64,000 nucleotides of DNA from Verrucomicrobiota bacterium (GCA_043775015.1 JAYVSV010000047.1:335-64334), one strand, 5' to 3'; counted from the first letter of the stretch, positions 48,598 through 59,852 are shown. Notes: generated from the sequence alone by a model not told the origin. Translations and numbers: made by a program.

Positions 48598-49791
48598 ATG
48601 AACAACGCACCCACACCCACCAAACCGGAATCTCCATTGAGCCAGACCCATGGTGTGAAAATTCCTTTCGGCGTCACGGAAGTAAGATTGACCGGCCGCC
48701 AATGGCTCATCTCGCTTTTGATTCTCGTGCTGGTTGCGGTCTCCACGCCGATGATTTGGGAGAAGGTCGAGCGATTCACGACCAGCTCCGATTATCGCCT
48801 CCCTTACCTGCTCAGCAAAGATTACTGGCTTTACGGTCGCCGACTCCGCGAGTTAAACGATGAAAACAAAATCGTCCTGCTCGGCGACTCGGTGGTCTGG
48901 GGCGAGTACGTTTTGCCCAATGGCACTTTATCCCATTTTCTAAACCAGGTGTCGGGCGAAACAAACCGTTTCGTCAACGGCGGAGTCAACGGCTTGTTTC
49001 CGCTGGCCATGGAAGGACTGGTTCGCAGCCATGGCCAGCCCTTGCAACACCGGAAGGTGATCGTGCAATGCAACCTCCTTTGGATGACCAGCCCCAAGGC
49101 CGATTTAAGCATCGAACAAGAAGAACCATTTAACCACTCCCGGCTGGTTCCGCAATTTAGTCCGCGTATCCCCTGCTACAAAGCCGACGCCAGCGAGAGG
49201 TTAGGCGTGGTCGTGGAGCGTAATGTCCACTTCCTCTCCTGGGTGAACCATTTGCAAGATGCCTACTTCGGCCAAAAAAGCATTTTGAAATGGACTCTCG
49301 CCGACGATGGTGGCAACCCGCCGCAGTATCCGAATGCTTATCGCAATCCTCTTTCTTCGATCACGCTCGAAGTTCCGTCCGCTCCTGAAATTGATCCGCA
49401 ACGCGGCCCTCTAAGTGCGCGGCACAAACCGTGGTCAACTAATGGGGTCGGCACGACTCGATTCGATTGGGTCGCTTTGGAAGCATCGCTCCAATGGCAG
49501 GCTTTTGAGCGCGTGATCGAGTTGCTCGAAAAGCGGGGTGACAACGTCTTCGTTGTGCTTGGACCTTTCAACGAACACATGATAGCCGAGGAGAACCGTC
49601 CGGCCTACCGCAAACTTCGCGATGGCATCTCACTCTGGCTTTCAAATAGACGTATAGCTTACGTCACGCCCGAGCCTCTATCCAGCTTGCTTTATGCCGA
49701 CGCCAGTCATCCGCTAACGGAAGGCTATGAGCAGTTGGCGAAACAAATCTTTCTCGACGCAAGCTTCCAACAGTGGTTGGGAAAAAAATGA
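48598..49791 (+). CDS. SGNH/GDSL-type hydrolase-fold protein, probable partner of the MBOAT acyltransferase
   Basis: Start at MNNAPTPT, 1 nt after the MBOAT stop. One membrane helix. Has a GDS block (VLLGDSVVWGEY) and a C-terminal DxxH block (YADASHPLTEGY). Confidence 0.6.
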   Translation: MNNAPTPTKPESPLSQTHGVKIPFGVTEVRLTGRQWLISLLILVLVAVSTPMIWEKVERFTTSSDYRLPYLLSKDYWLYGRRLRELNDENKIVLLGDSVVWGEYVLPNGTLSHFLNQVSGETNRFVNGGVNGLFPLAMEGLVRSHGQPLQHRKVIVQCNLLWMTSPKADLSIEQEEPFNHSRLVPQFSPRIPCYKADASERLGVVVERNVHFLSWVNHLQDAYFGQKSILKWTLADDGGNPPQYPNAYRNPLSSITLEVPSAPEIDPQRGPLSARHKPWSTNGVGTTRFDWVALEASLQWQAFERVIELLEKRGDNVFVVLGPFNEHMIAEENRPAYRKLRDGISLWLSNRRIAYVTPEPLSSLLYADASHPLTEGYEQLAKQIFLDASFQQWLGKK

Positions 49792-49846
49792 AGAATGCGG
49801 CCTGCCTTGGAAGTCTCCTCGTAGGGTGAACGCGGCGTGACCTACG

Positions 49847-50707
49847 CTATTTTTTCCGGGTGGAGTTCTCTTGCAGCCAAACAATATCTGGATTGTTGGG
49901 TTGGGATTGACCCAATGGAAGTAACTGACCCGGTTTGAGAACCGGCGAGGTTCGTGCGTCGCGCCATCTTTTGATTTCCGAGTGGCCATCGCCGAAAGAA
50001 AATCCGCCGGCGCGATTGTGATAACTGGCAGGGAAGTCCACCATCACCGTGGTTTGCGGTTTGTCGGGATAACCCTCCATCTGCACGACGAAGAAGCCGT
50101 CGTTGATGCTGTCCTCCCGCTCATCCAACAGCACCCAGGTTTTGGAGGGGCCGGGGTTGAGCATCTGTGCGGTTTTTTGGTAAACCGTCCATGTAGGTCC
50201 CCACCCGCCATCGGTTCCCTGATTGCCCCCCACGAAAATATTCATGGACATGCTGCGGATACGAGACACCGCTTTTCCTAGATTATTTTTGACCATACTC
50301 AGGTCGGCTGGACACTTAAAGATCGCCGGCTGTTTCCCACAGTAAGGCCACAAGGGACTTCTTGTTATGTTTCTAGTGATGTCCCAATTGACTGAATCCG
50401 AGCCAAAATCCAGCACCCCTGCGCACCAGGCATAAGGCGCGTTGGCGTTGGGAAAGTCAGGAGCGTATGCGTAAGGAATCCGGTCGGCGTTGTCGTCGGC
50501 ATACATCCGCCAGGCGAGCACCAACTGTTTGTGATTGTTCATGCACAGTATTCCCTGCGCTTTCTGCTTCGCTTTGGCCAGAGCTGGTAATAATAGGCCC
50601 GCCAGGATCGCTATGATGGCAATGACAACCAGCAGTTCGATGAGGGTGAAGCCATTGCGGCGTTGGCCCTGAGGGTAAACCGGCACATAAACTGTTTGTT
50701 TCATCAT
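49847..50707 (-). CDS. Prepilin-type N-terminal cleavage/methylation domain protein, H-X9-DG family
   Basis: [30 protein letters not shown] and [14 protein letters not shown]. Collinear with 2041..2859. Confidence 0.85.
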   Translation of the reverse strand: MMKQTVYVPVYPQGQRRNGFTLIELLVVIAIIAILAGLLLPALAKAKQKAQGILCMNNHKQLVLAWRMYADDNADRIPYAYAPDFPNANAPYAWCAGVLDFGSDSVNWDITRNITRSPLWPYCGKQPAIFKCPADLSMVKNNLGKAVSRIRSMSMNIFVGGNQGTDGGWGPTWTVYQKTAQMLNPGPSKTWVLLDEREDSINDGFFVVQMEGYPDKPQTTVMVDFPASYHNRAGGFSFGDGHSEIKRWRDARTSPVLKPGQLLPLGQSQPNNPDIVWLQENSTRKK

Positions 50708-50973
50708 AAACTTAACGTGTTGGTTGGCTGATCTTGTTGTAACAGTTAGCCCATTTCTTCCGTCAGCGCTATCTGTTTTTTTTAATCCGGGTTGAGAATC
50801 CGGTCGAAGCGGAATAAATTCCGCGCTCCAGTGTCAGAATTGCTGCCACAAACGTATCGGTCCTGACCGTAGCCTAACGCCCAGCCTGGGGATTCTTAGC
50901 TGCGGTTTCCGGGCAGTTTGTTTAGTAACGATTTATGGTTGTAGATTAGGCACGGGTCATTGATGATCGAAAA

Positions 50974-53121
50974 ATGCAAGATTTGTTAACCAGGAAATTG
51001 CTCGTGAAAAAAACATTGCTACTGGCGCTCATGTGGTCGCTCGTTCTGTTGCTGGTTTCTCCAACCTGGACTTTCGCCAAAGGGAAGAATGAAGCGACGA
51101 TTTACCGGGATGAATTCGGAGTGCCGCATGTCTTCGCGGACAATTTGGCGACGGCGGCGTATGCCGTTGGTTACGCGCAGGCGGAAGATCGACTCGAAGA
51201 ACTATTGAAGAATTATCGGCGCGCAACGGGAACGATGGCCGAGGTGTTCGGCCCGGAACATTACGGGAACGATCTCATCCAACGTGTGTGGCGGCATGGC
51301 GAAATCAGCCGGGAGAAATACCACGAGATCAGCCCCAAGATGCGCTCGGTGCTGGAGGCTTACATCGACGGTGTGAAGCGGTTCATGAAGGAACATCCCG
51401 AACAGGTGCCGGTGTGGGCGCAGGAGATTCATCCGTGGGATGTGGTGGCGCTCGGTCGCTACATCATCTGGGGTTGGCCGATGGGCGAGGCGGACGACGA
51501 CCTTAGGCGGGGGGGGATTCAGCCGGATGAAAGGGCCTATCGCGGGTCCAACGAAATTCTCATCGGGCCGGGTCGCACGGCGATGAATGTGCCAATTGCC
51601 GTTCTCGACCCGCATTTGAGTTGGTATGGCGAGTTTCGTTTTTATCAGGTGCGGATTTACGCCGGTGACTACAACGCGTCGGGGATTTCAATTCTCGGTT
51701 CGCCTCTGCCCAGCATTGCGCACAGCCGGTATTGTTCGCTGGGGATGACGACCGGCGGCCCGGATACGTCAGACATTTTTGAGGAGGAACTCAACCCGGA
51801 AAATCCACGGCAGTACCGCTACGACGGCAAGTGGCGTAACATGACCGTGCGCAAGGAGAAGATCGGCGTGAAGACCGGTGACAAGCTGGAGTGGAAGGAA
51901 GAGGAGATGGAGTATAGCCATCACGGACCGATTGTGGCTCACAAGGACGGCAAGGCTTATGCGATGGCCATTCCCTACGCGGACCAAGTGGGCCTGACGG
52001 ATAGCACCTACGAAACGATGATGGCGCGCAATCTGGAGGAGATGAAGCGAGCGCTGAGCCATTTGCAGTTGATGGAGCAAAACTTGATGGTCGCCACCGT
52101 GCAGGGTGATATTTACTACGTTCGCAACGGGCGCGTGCCGATTCGCGCGCCGGGCACTGATTCGCACAAGCCGATACCGGGCAATACGTCGGCCAACGAG
52201 TGGCGCGGCATTCATCCGTACTCGGACCTCGTGCAAATGAAGAATCCGCCGCAGGGCTACATGCACAACAACAACGTGACGCCGTTCGGCATGATGAAAG
52301 AGAGTCCGCTCACGCCGGAGAAGTATTCCAAGTTCCCCTACATCTACAACGCCACTCGCGAGATGCCGCGCCATCAACGTGCCGAGATGATGACCGAGCT
52401 GCTCGATGCCGCGCACAATGTGACAGTCGAGAAGGCGCTGGACATCGCCTTTAATCCGCAGGTGTATCACGCCGAGCTGTGGCAGGCGCGTTTAAAGGAG
52501 GCGTGGCCGAAAGCCACCGATAAAAAATCTGACACCGTGGAAGTCTATGAGCTGATTGAGAAATGGAATCGCAGGAGTGATGCGGATTCCGAAGGCGCGC
52601 TGGCCTATTACGCGTTCAAGATGGGTCTCGTCGGCGGGTTGGCGGAAAAAGTTGATCCGCCATCCGCCATCACCAATGAGCAGCTAATTGAGGGGCTGAA
52701 CAAATCTGCGGAATGGTTGAAGAGCAACTTCAATTCGCTCCACGTTCCGTATGGAAAGTATTTTCGAGTCGGACGTGCAGGCGGCAATCACACTTGGGCG
52801 ACGAGTGGAGGTTCGTTGCGTGAGGCCGGAATGGCGACAACGAAGGCAACCAGCTTTAGCAAGGTTGGCAACGAGATGGTCGGGCGCGGCGGACAAACTT
52901 CCACGCAGATTGTCATCCTGACCGATCCACCTGAGTCGTACACGATTATTCCCCTGGGTGAGAGCGACCACAAGGAGAGTGGCCATTGGGACGACCAGTG
53001 CGAGAAGCTCTACAGCAAGAGCAAGGCGAACCCGACTTATTTTCTGCGCAAGAAGGAACTGTTGAAGCACATCACATCGACGACAGTGTTGAAGCGCGAA
53101 AAAACAGTGGCGACTAAATAA
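50974..53121 (+). CDS. Penicillin acylase family protein (peptidase S45, Ntn-hydrolase; penicillin/AHL-acylase-like)
   Basis: Has a signal peptide. [36 protein letters not shown] is an alpha-subunit hallmark. Putative autoprocessing site/nucleophile in [14 protein letters not shown], then LDPHLSW. Confidence 0.85.
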   Translation: MQDLLTRKLLVKKTLLLALMWSLVLLLVSPTWTFAKGKNEATIYRDEFGVPHVFADNLATAAYAVGYAQAEDRLEELLKNYRRATGTMAEVFGPEHYGNDLIQRVWRHGEISREKYHEISPKMRSVLEAYIDGVKRFMKEHPEQVPVWAQEIHPWDVVALGRYIIWGWPMGEADDDLRRGGIQPDERAYRGSNEILIGPGRTAMNVPIAVLDPHLSWYGEFRFYQVRIYAGDYNASGISILGSPLPSIAHSRYCSLGMTTGGPDTSDIFEEELNPENPRQYRYDGKWRNMTVRKEKIGVKTGDKLEWKEEEMEYSHHGPIVAHKDGKAYAMAIPYADQVGLTDSTYETMMARNLEEMKRALSHLQLMEQNLMVATVQGDIYYVRNGRVPIRAPGTDSHKPIPGNTSANEWRGIHPYSDLVQMKNPPQGYMHNNNVTPFGMMKESPLTPEKYSKFPYIYNATREMPRHQRAEMMTELLDAAHNVTVEKALDIAFNPQVYHAELWQARLKEAWPKATDKKSDTVEVYELIEKWNRRSDADSEGALAYYAFKMGLVGGLAEKVDPPSAITNEQLIEGLNKSAEWLKSNFNSLHVPYGKYFRVGRAGGNHTWATSGGSLREAGMATTKATSFSKVGNEMVGRGGQTSTQIVILTDPPESYTIIPLGESDHKESGHWDDQCEKLYSKSKANPTYFLRKKELLKHITSTTVLKREKTVATK

Positions 53122-53357
53122 ATCCGAAAGGCAGCAAGCGCGTTGAGCCTCGCCGCGTCATACAGCAAATTTCCATCAGTTTTTTTAGAAGGACCGCAAC
53201 AAAAAACTGAAAAAGGTGCTTTCCTACCGCCCGCTTCCGCCTAAACTTGGCAGCAATGAACCCGCCGCAAAACCAGCCCTTACTCTCTACGCGGGGCATC
53301 CAAATCGAATTCCGATCAATCGTTACAGGACGAAGGTTGGCGCAAAGGACAACGTTT

Positions 53358-55172
53358 ATGAAACTAAACCAATGTTTAATGAGCACTCTGACCTGTCTCG
53401 CAATTCTGCAAATGGCGACAGTTGCGGTTCAAGCCCGCGAGAGAAAAATCCCGGTCGGCGCCCAGGCCGGCAAATTTACCTTCACAGATATTCGCTACCT
53501 GCCTCGAACGCTCGATGACTTCGTCCATCCAAAAGTTTTTGTCATTGTGTTTACGACGACCGGTTGTCCTTTGGCGCAACGTTACCTTCCGCGACTTCAG
53601 GAACTCTCCGCGCAATACCACGATAAGGAGGTTCAATTCATCGCCGTCAACGTTGGCGTGGATGACTCGATCAAGGAGGTTGCTTACCAGGCCATTGAAC
53701 ATGGGGTGCAGTTTCCGTTTGTGAAGGATGTGCAAGGGGAATGCGCGCGCGCGTTGGGTGTCACGCGGACGCCGGAAGTTGTCGTGCTCGATGCCGGGCG
53801 CAAGATTCGTTACCGGGGCCGCATCGATAATCAATATCGGCTGGGTGGGGTCAAGCCGTCAGCCGATCGCCAGGATTTGAAAGAAGCCATTGAAGACGTG
53901 CTGGCCGGTCGCAAGGTGAAGGTCAAGGAAACGGCCGTTGACGGTTGCGCCATCACGTTTCCCGAAGTTCACCCGGCGAATAATTCGCTCACCTACGCCA
54001 AGGACATCGCGCCGCTGCTCAACAAGCATTGCGTTGAGTGTCATCGCCCCGGAACGGAAGCGCCGTTTGTGTTGACTTCGTATGAAAAAGCCGCCGCCAA
54101 AGCTCGGGTCATTGCGGAAGTCGTCGAGGAACAACGCATGCCACCGTGGTTCGCGCATCCCGGTTTCGGGAAATTCATGAATCAACGCAGCCTCACGTCG
54201 GAGGAGCGGGAGACCATCGTGCAGTGGGCACGGAACGGCAAAGCGCCCGGAGATCTCTCCCAGGCACCCAAACCGCCGGAATTTCCTGAGACAAAATGGC
54301 TGATTGGCGAACCGGATCTGATCATCACCGCCGCGAAGCCGCAACAGTTGCCGGCTACTGGTTATATTGATTATCGCTACGTCGTGCTGCCCTATGTCTT
54401 CCCGTATGACACCTGGGTGCAGGGCGTTCAAATCATGCCCAGCAATAACAAAGTGGTTCATCACGCCAACCTCGCCATCAACTTGCCTGACAAAGGCTAT
54501 GATGAAGACGAGAGCTTTATCACCGGCAAAGTCCCAGGCGGAATTCCGGTTGATCTCAACTCCGGCCTGGCAATAATGATACCCAAAGGCTCTTCCCTGG
54601 TTTACCAGATTCACTACGTTACGACGGGCAAGACGGAAACCGACCAGATCTCCGTTGGCCTGCGTTTCGCCAAGGAACCGATCCGCAAACGCGTCCGTTA
54701 CAAAATCATTGGCGACTATAAATTTGAAATTCCTCCGGGAGCGCCCGCCCATCCTGTAACCGCTCAAAAAACACTTGAGTGTGATGCGACCGGCATCGCT
54801 TTGTTCAGCCACATGCACCTCCGCGGCAAGGACACCACATTTATCGCGCATTACCCGGACGGGCGGAATGAAAACCTGCTCGTTCTGCCGAACTACAGTT
54901 TTGACTGGCAGTTGGGTTATGTCTGGGATCGCGGAGCGCAACATTTCCCCAAAGGAACAAAAATTGAATGTAGCTCACACTTCGACAACTCGTCGTTCAA
55001 TCCCTACAACCCCGACCCTGGGGCAGTCGTCAAAAATGGACCGCAAACGCACAACGAAATGATGCAGGGATTCTTTTTTTACACCGACGATGCAGAAAGT
55101 CTCAACGTCCGGGTAGATCCCAAGACCGGCAAAGAGATCCTTCCTGAAACAAAGGCGACGGCGGCGAATTGA
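53358..55172 (+). CDS. Secreted three-domain protein, third paralog: single-Cys redoxin fold + CxxCH cytochrome + PHM/DBH-like copper monooxygenase core
   Basis: Start at MKLNQCLMSTLTCLAILQMATVAVQA. Motifs: FTTTGCPLAQ...YRGRIDN; CVECHRPGTEAPFVL...RMPPWFAHP; KVVHHANL; YQIHYVTTG; FSHMHLRGK; HNEMMQGF. Confidence 0.8.
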   Translation: MKLNQCLMSTLTCLAILQMATVAVQARERKIPVGAQAGKFTFTDIRYLPRTLDDFVHPKVFVIVFTTTGCPLAQRYLPRLQELSAQYHDKEVQFIAVNVGVDDSIKEVAYQAIEHGVQFPFVKDVQGECARALGVTRTPEVVVLDAGRKIRYRGRIDNQYRLGGVKPSADRQDLKEAIEDVLAGRKVKVKETAVDGCAITFPEVHPANNSLTYAKDIAPLLNKHCVECHRPGTEAPFVLTSYEKAAAKARVIAEVVEEQRMPPWFAHPGFGKFMNQRSLTSEERETIVQWARNGKAPGDLSQAPKPPEFPETKWLIGEPDLIITAAKPQQLPATGYIDYRYVVLPYVFPYDTWVQGVQIMPSNNKVVHHANLAINLPDKGYDEDESFITGKVPGGIPVDLNSGLAIMIPKGSSLVYQIHYVTTGKTETDQISVGLRFAKEPIRKRVRYKIIGDYKFEIPPGAPAHPVTAQKTLECDATGIALFSHMHLRGKDTTFIAHYPDGRNENLLVLPNYSFDWQLGYVWDRGAQHFPKGTKIECSSHFDNSSFNPYNPDPGAVVKNGPQTHNEMMQGFFFYTDDAESLNVRVDPKTGKEILPETKATAAN

Positions 55173-55353
55173 GTTGTCGTGGAAGCCTCCACAATGAGCC
55201 GTGCTCCGGCACAGCCATGCACAACTTCGGGACTGGGTGTTTCAGGGTTCGGGTTAAAAAGAAAATGACAGTATTTTCTCTTGCACCTGGAAATAGAAAG
55301 AGAAACACTTTCAGGAAGTACAACATATCCATTGTCAATAAATTCAATAAATT

Positions 55354-55782
55354 ATGAAAAAAATCCTTACTGGTCTGCTCGCTGTTTCTGTCTTCGTAGT
55401 GGTTTCCACATTCACCGCCTCTGCTGGTGACTTGGAAAGTATCAGCGGCAAATGGACTTCAAAGAAAACAGTCGATGGGCAAGCCATCGCACTGGTAGTC
55501 GAAATCAAGAAGGACAAGTTCACGTTCGATATGAAGAACAGCAGCGGCAAGACGGTTTTGTATGCAGAAGGTAGCATCAAGCTGGAAAAGTTGGGGACGT
55601 TCAAATCGATCAAGTTTTTCGACATGAAAGCAGGGGAGTCCGCTGGACAGACTGAGTCGGTGGATGAAGTGCGCCAGGGTATTTATCAGATTGGCGACGA
55701 CACTTGGACTTTGGCCTCAAACTTCGATGCGGAGCGCGATGAAAAAGCGACCGTTGATGTTTACACCAAGGCGGGGAAATAG
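55354..55782 (+). CDS. Small secreted protein, TIGR03067-like (PVC lipocalin-type domain)
   Basis: Has a signal peptide. Pattern L-x-x-I-S-G-K-W ... DKFTF ... GIYQIGDDTWTL matches the TIGR03067 family as I remember it. Confidence 0.5.
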   Translation: MKKILTGLLAVSVFVVVSTFTASAGDLESISGKWTSKKTVDGQAIALVVEIKKDKFTFDMKNSSGKTVLYAEGSIKLEKLGTFKSIKFFDMKAGESAGQTESVDEVRQGIYQIGDDTWTLASNFDAERDEKATVDVYTKAGK

Positions 55783-55915
55783 ACCGGGCGTTGGTCGAGG
55801 CTGGTTGAGCGTCTGCGGAATTGTCAAAAGCAAATTCCTATAAACCTAGGTCAACGGGATTGGCCTGACCATGCCGACAAGGTGGCGTGCTGGGGAAGGT
55901 GAAATCATTTAAACC

Positions 55916-57463
55916 ATGAACACGATGAACTCAGACTCCAAAGACTCAGTGGCTTCGGGTCCTGCCTTGTGCGAAATCATTTCCACGAACCCAGCCACTC
56001 TGCAAGAGTTGGGTCGGGTGCCGGTGATGACCGCACCTGAAGTTGAACAGGCATTGACCCGAGCCAGGAGGGTGCAACCGGGTTGGGCCGGACTCTCCTA
56101 CAAAGCGCGTGGTGAGTATATGCTCCGGGCGAAGGATCTGCTGGTTGAGCGGCAGGATGAGGTTTGCGATCTGATTGCCCGCGAGGTTGGAAAACCGACT
56201 CTGGAAGCCATGACCAGCGAAGTCCTGCCAGGAGCGAACCTGATGGACTACTTCGCCCGTCAATCCGCAAAGCTGTTGCAAAAAGAGGAATTCACCCTCT
56301 CGGTTTTTCGTAACAAAAAATCGCGCATCGAGTATCAACCCTTGGGTGTAGTGGGCATCATTTCGCCCTGGAATTATCCGTTCGCGATTCCGCTCGGTGA
56401 GGTGGTCATGGGGCTGATGGCCGGCAACGCGGTGTTGCTCAAGCCCTCGGAGTTCACCCCGCTGGTTGGTTTGAAGATCGGCGAAATCTTCCGAGCCGCC
56501 GGATTGCCCGAGGATGTTTTCCAAGTATTGACGGGCGACGGAACCACCGGCAGCGCATTGGTGGAGTCGGGAGTGGATAAGATATTCTTTACCGGAAGCA
56601 TGCGCACCGGCCGAAGAATCGCTGAGACTTGCGCACGGCAACTAAAACCTGTCGTCCTCGAATTGGGCGGCAAGGACGCTATGATCGTGTGCGCGGATGC
56701 GCCGTTCGAGCGCACTGTAAATGGAGCGTTGTGGGGCGCGTTCAGCAATTGCGGGCAGACTTGCGCGTCCGTTGAAAGGCTTTACGTCGTGGAGTCCATC
56801 GCCGAGCGATTCATCCAGGCAGTGGTGGAAAAGACGCGGACTCTGCGCGTCGGACCAGATGGCCCGGGGCAACCCGACATCGGCTCGCTGACAAACGCCA
56901 ACCAGTTGCGGATCGTGGAGGAACAGGTCAAAGACGCGCTCGCCCGGGGCGCCCAGGCACTGACGGGCGGAAAGCGGATCGCATCGCTGCCCGGCTATTT
57001 CTACGAGCCAACTATTCTGGTGAACGTGAATAATTCGATGCAAGTAATGCAGGAGGAGACTTTCGGTCCGGTGTTGCCGATTGTCGTGGTGAAGGATGAA
57101 GCCGAGGCCATCCGCGAGGCGAATCGCTCCAAATACGGTTTGCTGGCCAGCGTGTGGACGCAGGACACCAAGCGCGGGCAAGCCATCGCCCGTCAGGTGG
57201 AAGCGGGGACGGTGATCATCAACGATGTTATCTACACCCACGGTGCTGCGGAAACGCCTTGGTTCGGTGTGAAAGAGAGCGGCATGGGCGTCACCCACGG
57301 CCGAAATGGCCTGCATGAATTCGTGCAGATGAAACACATCAACTGGGATCGCTGGCCGATGAAAACCAACCCCTGGTGGTATCCTTACTCAGAAAAGAAG
57401 CGGAAAGATTTCCGGTTGCTGACGAAGATCCTGCACAAGTGGGGTCTGAAACGGTGGATTTGA
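55916..57463 (+). CDS. NAD(P)-dependent aldehyde dehydrogenase
   Basis: ISPWNYPF, LKPSEFTP, catalytic Glu in LELGGKDAMIV, catalytic Cys in CGQTCASVERLYV, EETFGPVLPI. No signal peptide. Confidence 0.9.
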   Translation: MNTMNSDSKDSVASGPALCEIISTNPATLQELGRVPVMTAPEVEQALTRARRVQPGWAGLSYKARGEYMLRAKDLLVERQDEVCDLIAREVGKPTLEAMTSEVLPGANLMDYFARQSAKLLQKEEFTLSVFRNKKSRIEYQPLGVVGIISPWNYPFAIPLGEVVMGLMAGNAVLLKPSEFTPLVGLKIGEIFRAAGLPEDVFQVLTGDGTTGSALVESGVDKIFFTGSMRTGRRIAETCARQLKPVVLELGGKDAMIVCADAPFERTVNGALWGAFSNCGQTCASVERLYVVESIAERFIQAVVEKTRTLRVGPDGPGQPDIGSLTNANQLRIVEEQVKDALARGAQALTGGKRIASLPGYFYEPTILVNVNNSMQVMQEETFGPVLPIVVVKDEAEAIREANRSKYGLLASVWTQDTKRGQAIARQVEAGTVIINDVIYTHGAAETPWFGVKESGMGVTHGRNGLHEFVQMKHINWDRWPMKTNPWWYPYSEKKRKDFRLLTKILHKWGLKRWI

Positions 57464-57530
57464 CCAAGCGTGCCAGCAGGCTGTCAGATTTTCCAGTTGA
57501 CCACGAGTGCGTTGCCACCGCGACGTGCGG

Positions 57531-59852
57531 TTATCTGACTTCCTCGGACGGAAAGTTGGCTGGCTCAAATCCGCTCTTGATCGGAAGTTCAGAAGGAAAT
57601 GTTTTGACCCCGGGTTTTTCCTTCCAACCATTGCCGAGACCAGTGTTATCCCACATAATGTCACCCCCCGGAATTTTCTGATCCAGGTAAGTCTTGGCGG
57701 GGCGCAGACCATTGTCGCGATATAAATTATCGTGAACGAAATTGTTGTCGGCGTTCGGCTCGATATCCAGTTCGATCTTCTTGCGCGGTGACACTCCGGA
57801 AGTCAGGTAGGAAATCATTCCGATACCTTGCGAGTCGTTACCAAAAATCTGGTTGCGGGTCACCTCCGTGTGGTCGGCTGCCATGATGAACATGCCCAGG
57901 CCCGGTGGCAGGAAGGAAACGGTGGTGCCGGGCTTGCCGAAATTTTCGTGGTTGTTCTCCCAGACCCGGTTATTGATGACCCGGGTGTGCGAGGCGACCT
58001 TCGAGGCGGCGTTGGGCAGGAGGAAGACAAGGATGCCGGTGGTGTTGTGATGCGCGCTGTTGTTGACCACCAGCGCCCGGAGGGAATTCTCGATCTCGAT
58101 GCCCGCGACATTATGGAAGACCTCGTTATTGCGCACGATGATGTCGCGGCTTTGGCCGACGTAGATACCAGCATCGCTCGCGCCGCTAATGACGCAGCCT
58201 TCTACCAGGACCCCGGTGCATTCGACGGGATAGACCGCGTAGAGGCCGGGATTCTCGACGATGAGATCGCGATAGGTGACGTGGGTGGCCCGGTGATTGA
58301 CAACGCCATTCCCGGTGTAGTTGCGGATATGAAAGCCTTGCATCAGGAAATGATCCGCCGAACCCTGGACGGCATCGCCCCGTTTGTTTTCGCCGTCCAA
58401 GATGGGACGTTCGCCGTTGATTTGAACACCGACCAGACTGATCCCAGCCCGATCGACCATCACAGACTGAGTATAGACACCGGGATAAACTTCAACGCGG
58501 TCACCGGATTGGGCGCGATCCACGGCGGCCTGAATGGATTGGCCAGGTTTAACAACGAAGGTGGCTGAGGGGGATCCAGCGGCGTCGGCAGGAATCCCAG
58601 GTGCCGTTGTCGGGGCGGGTTCGCGCACGCTGTAGGGAACTGCGGCGGCCGCGAGCTTCAGTGCTGGGATTGCTTTCGATTTCACCGGTAACACCGCAAG
58701 GCCGGAAGGGACCTGGGACGGTGCTTCAGGCAGCAAAGAGGTGTCGGTCAAGGCTTTGAGAAATGCAACGAGGTCAGCCGTCTCGTCGGAAGTGATTTCG
58801 AACGCTGAGATTTTGTCGTCGATCGCGAGGGTTTGGTTTTTGAATTGGCGACCGCCACCTTTGGAGTAGAACTCGATGACTTCCTCCAACGTCGCGAACT
58901 GGCCGTTGTGCATGAACGGGGTGCGCAGTGCGACGTTGCGCAAGGTGGGCACCTTGAAAGCCCCCTCTGGTCCCTGAGCCGGCACCTTGGCACGTCCGGG
59001 ATCAAAAGCCTGGTCTTTAAGTTCTGGCACGCCGATGACCCGGAAGCTGCCGTCTGAGCAATTTGGGAGCTGGTGGCATTCAAAGCAGCGGGTTTTCAAA
59101 GACCGAAAGAGCTGCAAACCGCGCTTCTCCGAATCATTCATCGCAGCGCTTTCGCCGGCGGCGTAGCGGTCAAACTTCGAATTGAAGGACAGTAGGGTTC
59201 GCTCAAAAGTGGCGATGGCACGGGTGACATTCCGGAAAGTAACTGCTTCCTCCGGCTTTCCGCCAAAGACTTCCTGGAAGAGGCGGACATATTCCTGGAC
59301 GCCGAGGATTTCTTTGACCAGACCAGCTGAGTCCTGATTCATCTCGTGGGCGTCTTGGATGGGACCTTCCGCCTGCTGCTCCAGATCCTTGGCCCGGCCG
59401 TCCCAGAATTGCAGTGGACTGTAGGCTGCATTCCAGAGGGTCGGGGCGCGCCGGGGTAAAACATCTCCGCCAACACGATCGGGACCAAGCCCCTTGCCGT
59501 GGAAACCCATGCTTGTCTTGCGGCCATCGGAGAAGCCGAAATCGGGATGGTGGCAATGTGCGCAGGCGGTCGTGTTATCACCGCTCAAAATCGGATCGAA
59601 GAACAGCAATTTGCCAAGTTTAATTTTGTCCGGGGTGATAGGGTTTTCCTCCACCGATTTCATCCGGGGGAAGGGCTGCTGCAAGCCGGTGGCGCGCGGT
59701 TGGCCCTCACGCCATGGCTCATCTGGCTGATAGCTCCCTTCGCGGTAGGCGAAGCCGGGGATGGCAATCCCCGGCACCGCTGCGAGGCATGGCTGGTTCG
59801 CAGCAGACAACATCAAAACGGACAACAAGGCTTGAGCGCGGAAATTTTTCAT
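57531..59852 (-). CDS. Fusion protein: di-heme cytochrome c peroxidase (CCP/MauG family) + NosD-like right-handed parallel beta-helix domain
   Basis: Has a signal peptide. Heme 1 is CAHCH (aa 97-101) and heme 2 is CFECH (aa 256-260), with KVPTLRNVALRTPFMHNG. An Ala/Pro linker covers aa ~376-430. After that come KPGQSIQAAVDRAQSGDRVEVYPGVYTQSV plus repeated beta-helix turns (GIYVGQSRDIIVRNNEVFHNVAGIEIENS...). Confidence 0.85.
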   Translation of the reverse strand: MKNFRAQALLSVLMLSAANQPCLAAVPGIAIPGFAYREGSYQPDEPWREGQPRATGLQQPFPRMKSVEENPITPDKIKLGKLLFFDPILSGDNTTACAHCHHPDFGFSDGRKTSMGFHGKGLGPDRVGGDVLPRRAPTLWNAAYSPLQFWDGRAKDLEQQAEGPIQDAHEMNQDSAGLVKEILGVQEYVRLFQEVFGGKPEEAVTFRNVTRAIATFERTLLSFNSKFDRYAAGESAAMNDSEKRGLQLFRSLKTRCFECHQLPNCSDGSFRVIGVPELKDQAFDPGRAKVPAQGPEGAFKVPTLRNVALRTPFMHNGQFATLEEVIEFYSKGGGRQFKNQTLAIDDKISAFEITSDETADLVAFLKALTDTSLLPEAPSQVPSGLAVLPVKSKAIPALKLAAAAVPYSVREPAPTTAPGIPADAAGSPSATFVVKPGQSIQAAVDRAQSGDRVEVYPGVYTQSVMVDRAGISLVGVQINGERPILDGENKRGDAVQGSADHFLMQGFHIRNYTGNGVVNHRATHVTYRDLIVENPGLYAVYPVECTGVLVEGCVISGASDAGIYVGQSRDIIVRNNEVFHNVAGIEIENSLRALVVNNSAHHNTTGILVFLLPNAASKVASHTRVINNRVWENNHENFGKPGTTVSFLPPGLGMFIMAADHTEVTRNQIFGNDSQGIGMISYLTSGVSPRKKIELDIEPNADNNFVHDNLYRDNGLRPAKTYLDQKIPGGDIMWDNTGLGNGWKEKPGVKTFPSELPIKSGFEPANFPSEEVR

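Noticed and set aside
53859-54944. 361-aa minus-strand ORF
   Set aside because: It is antisense to the third monooxygenase paralog, whose conserved motifs are all in the plus frame.
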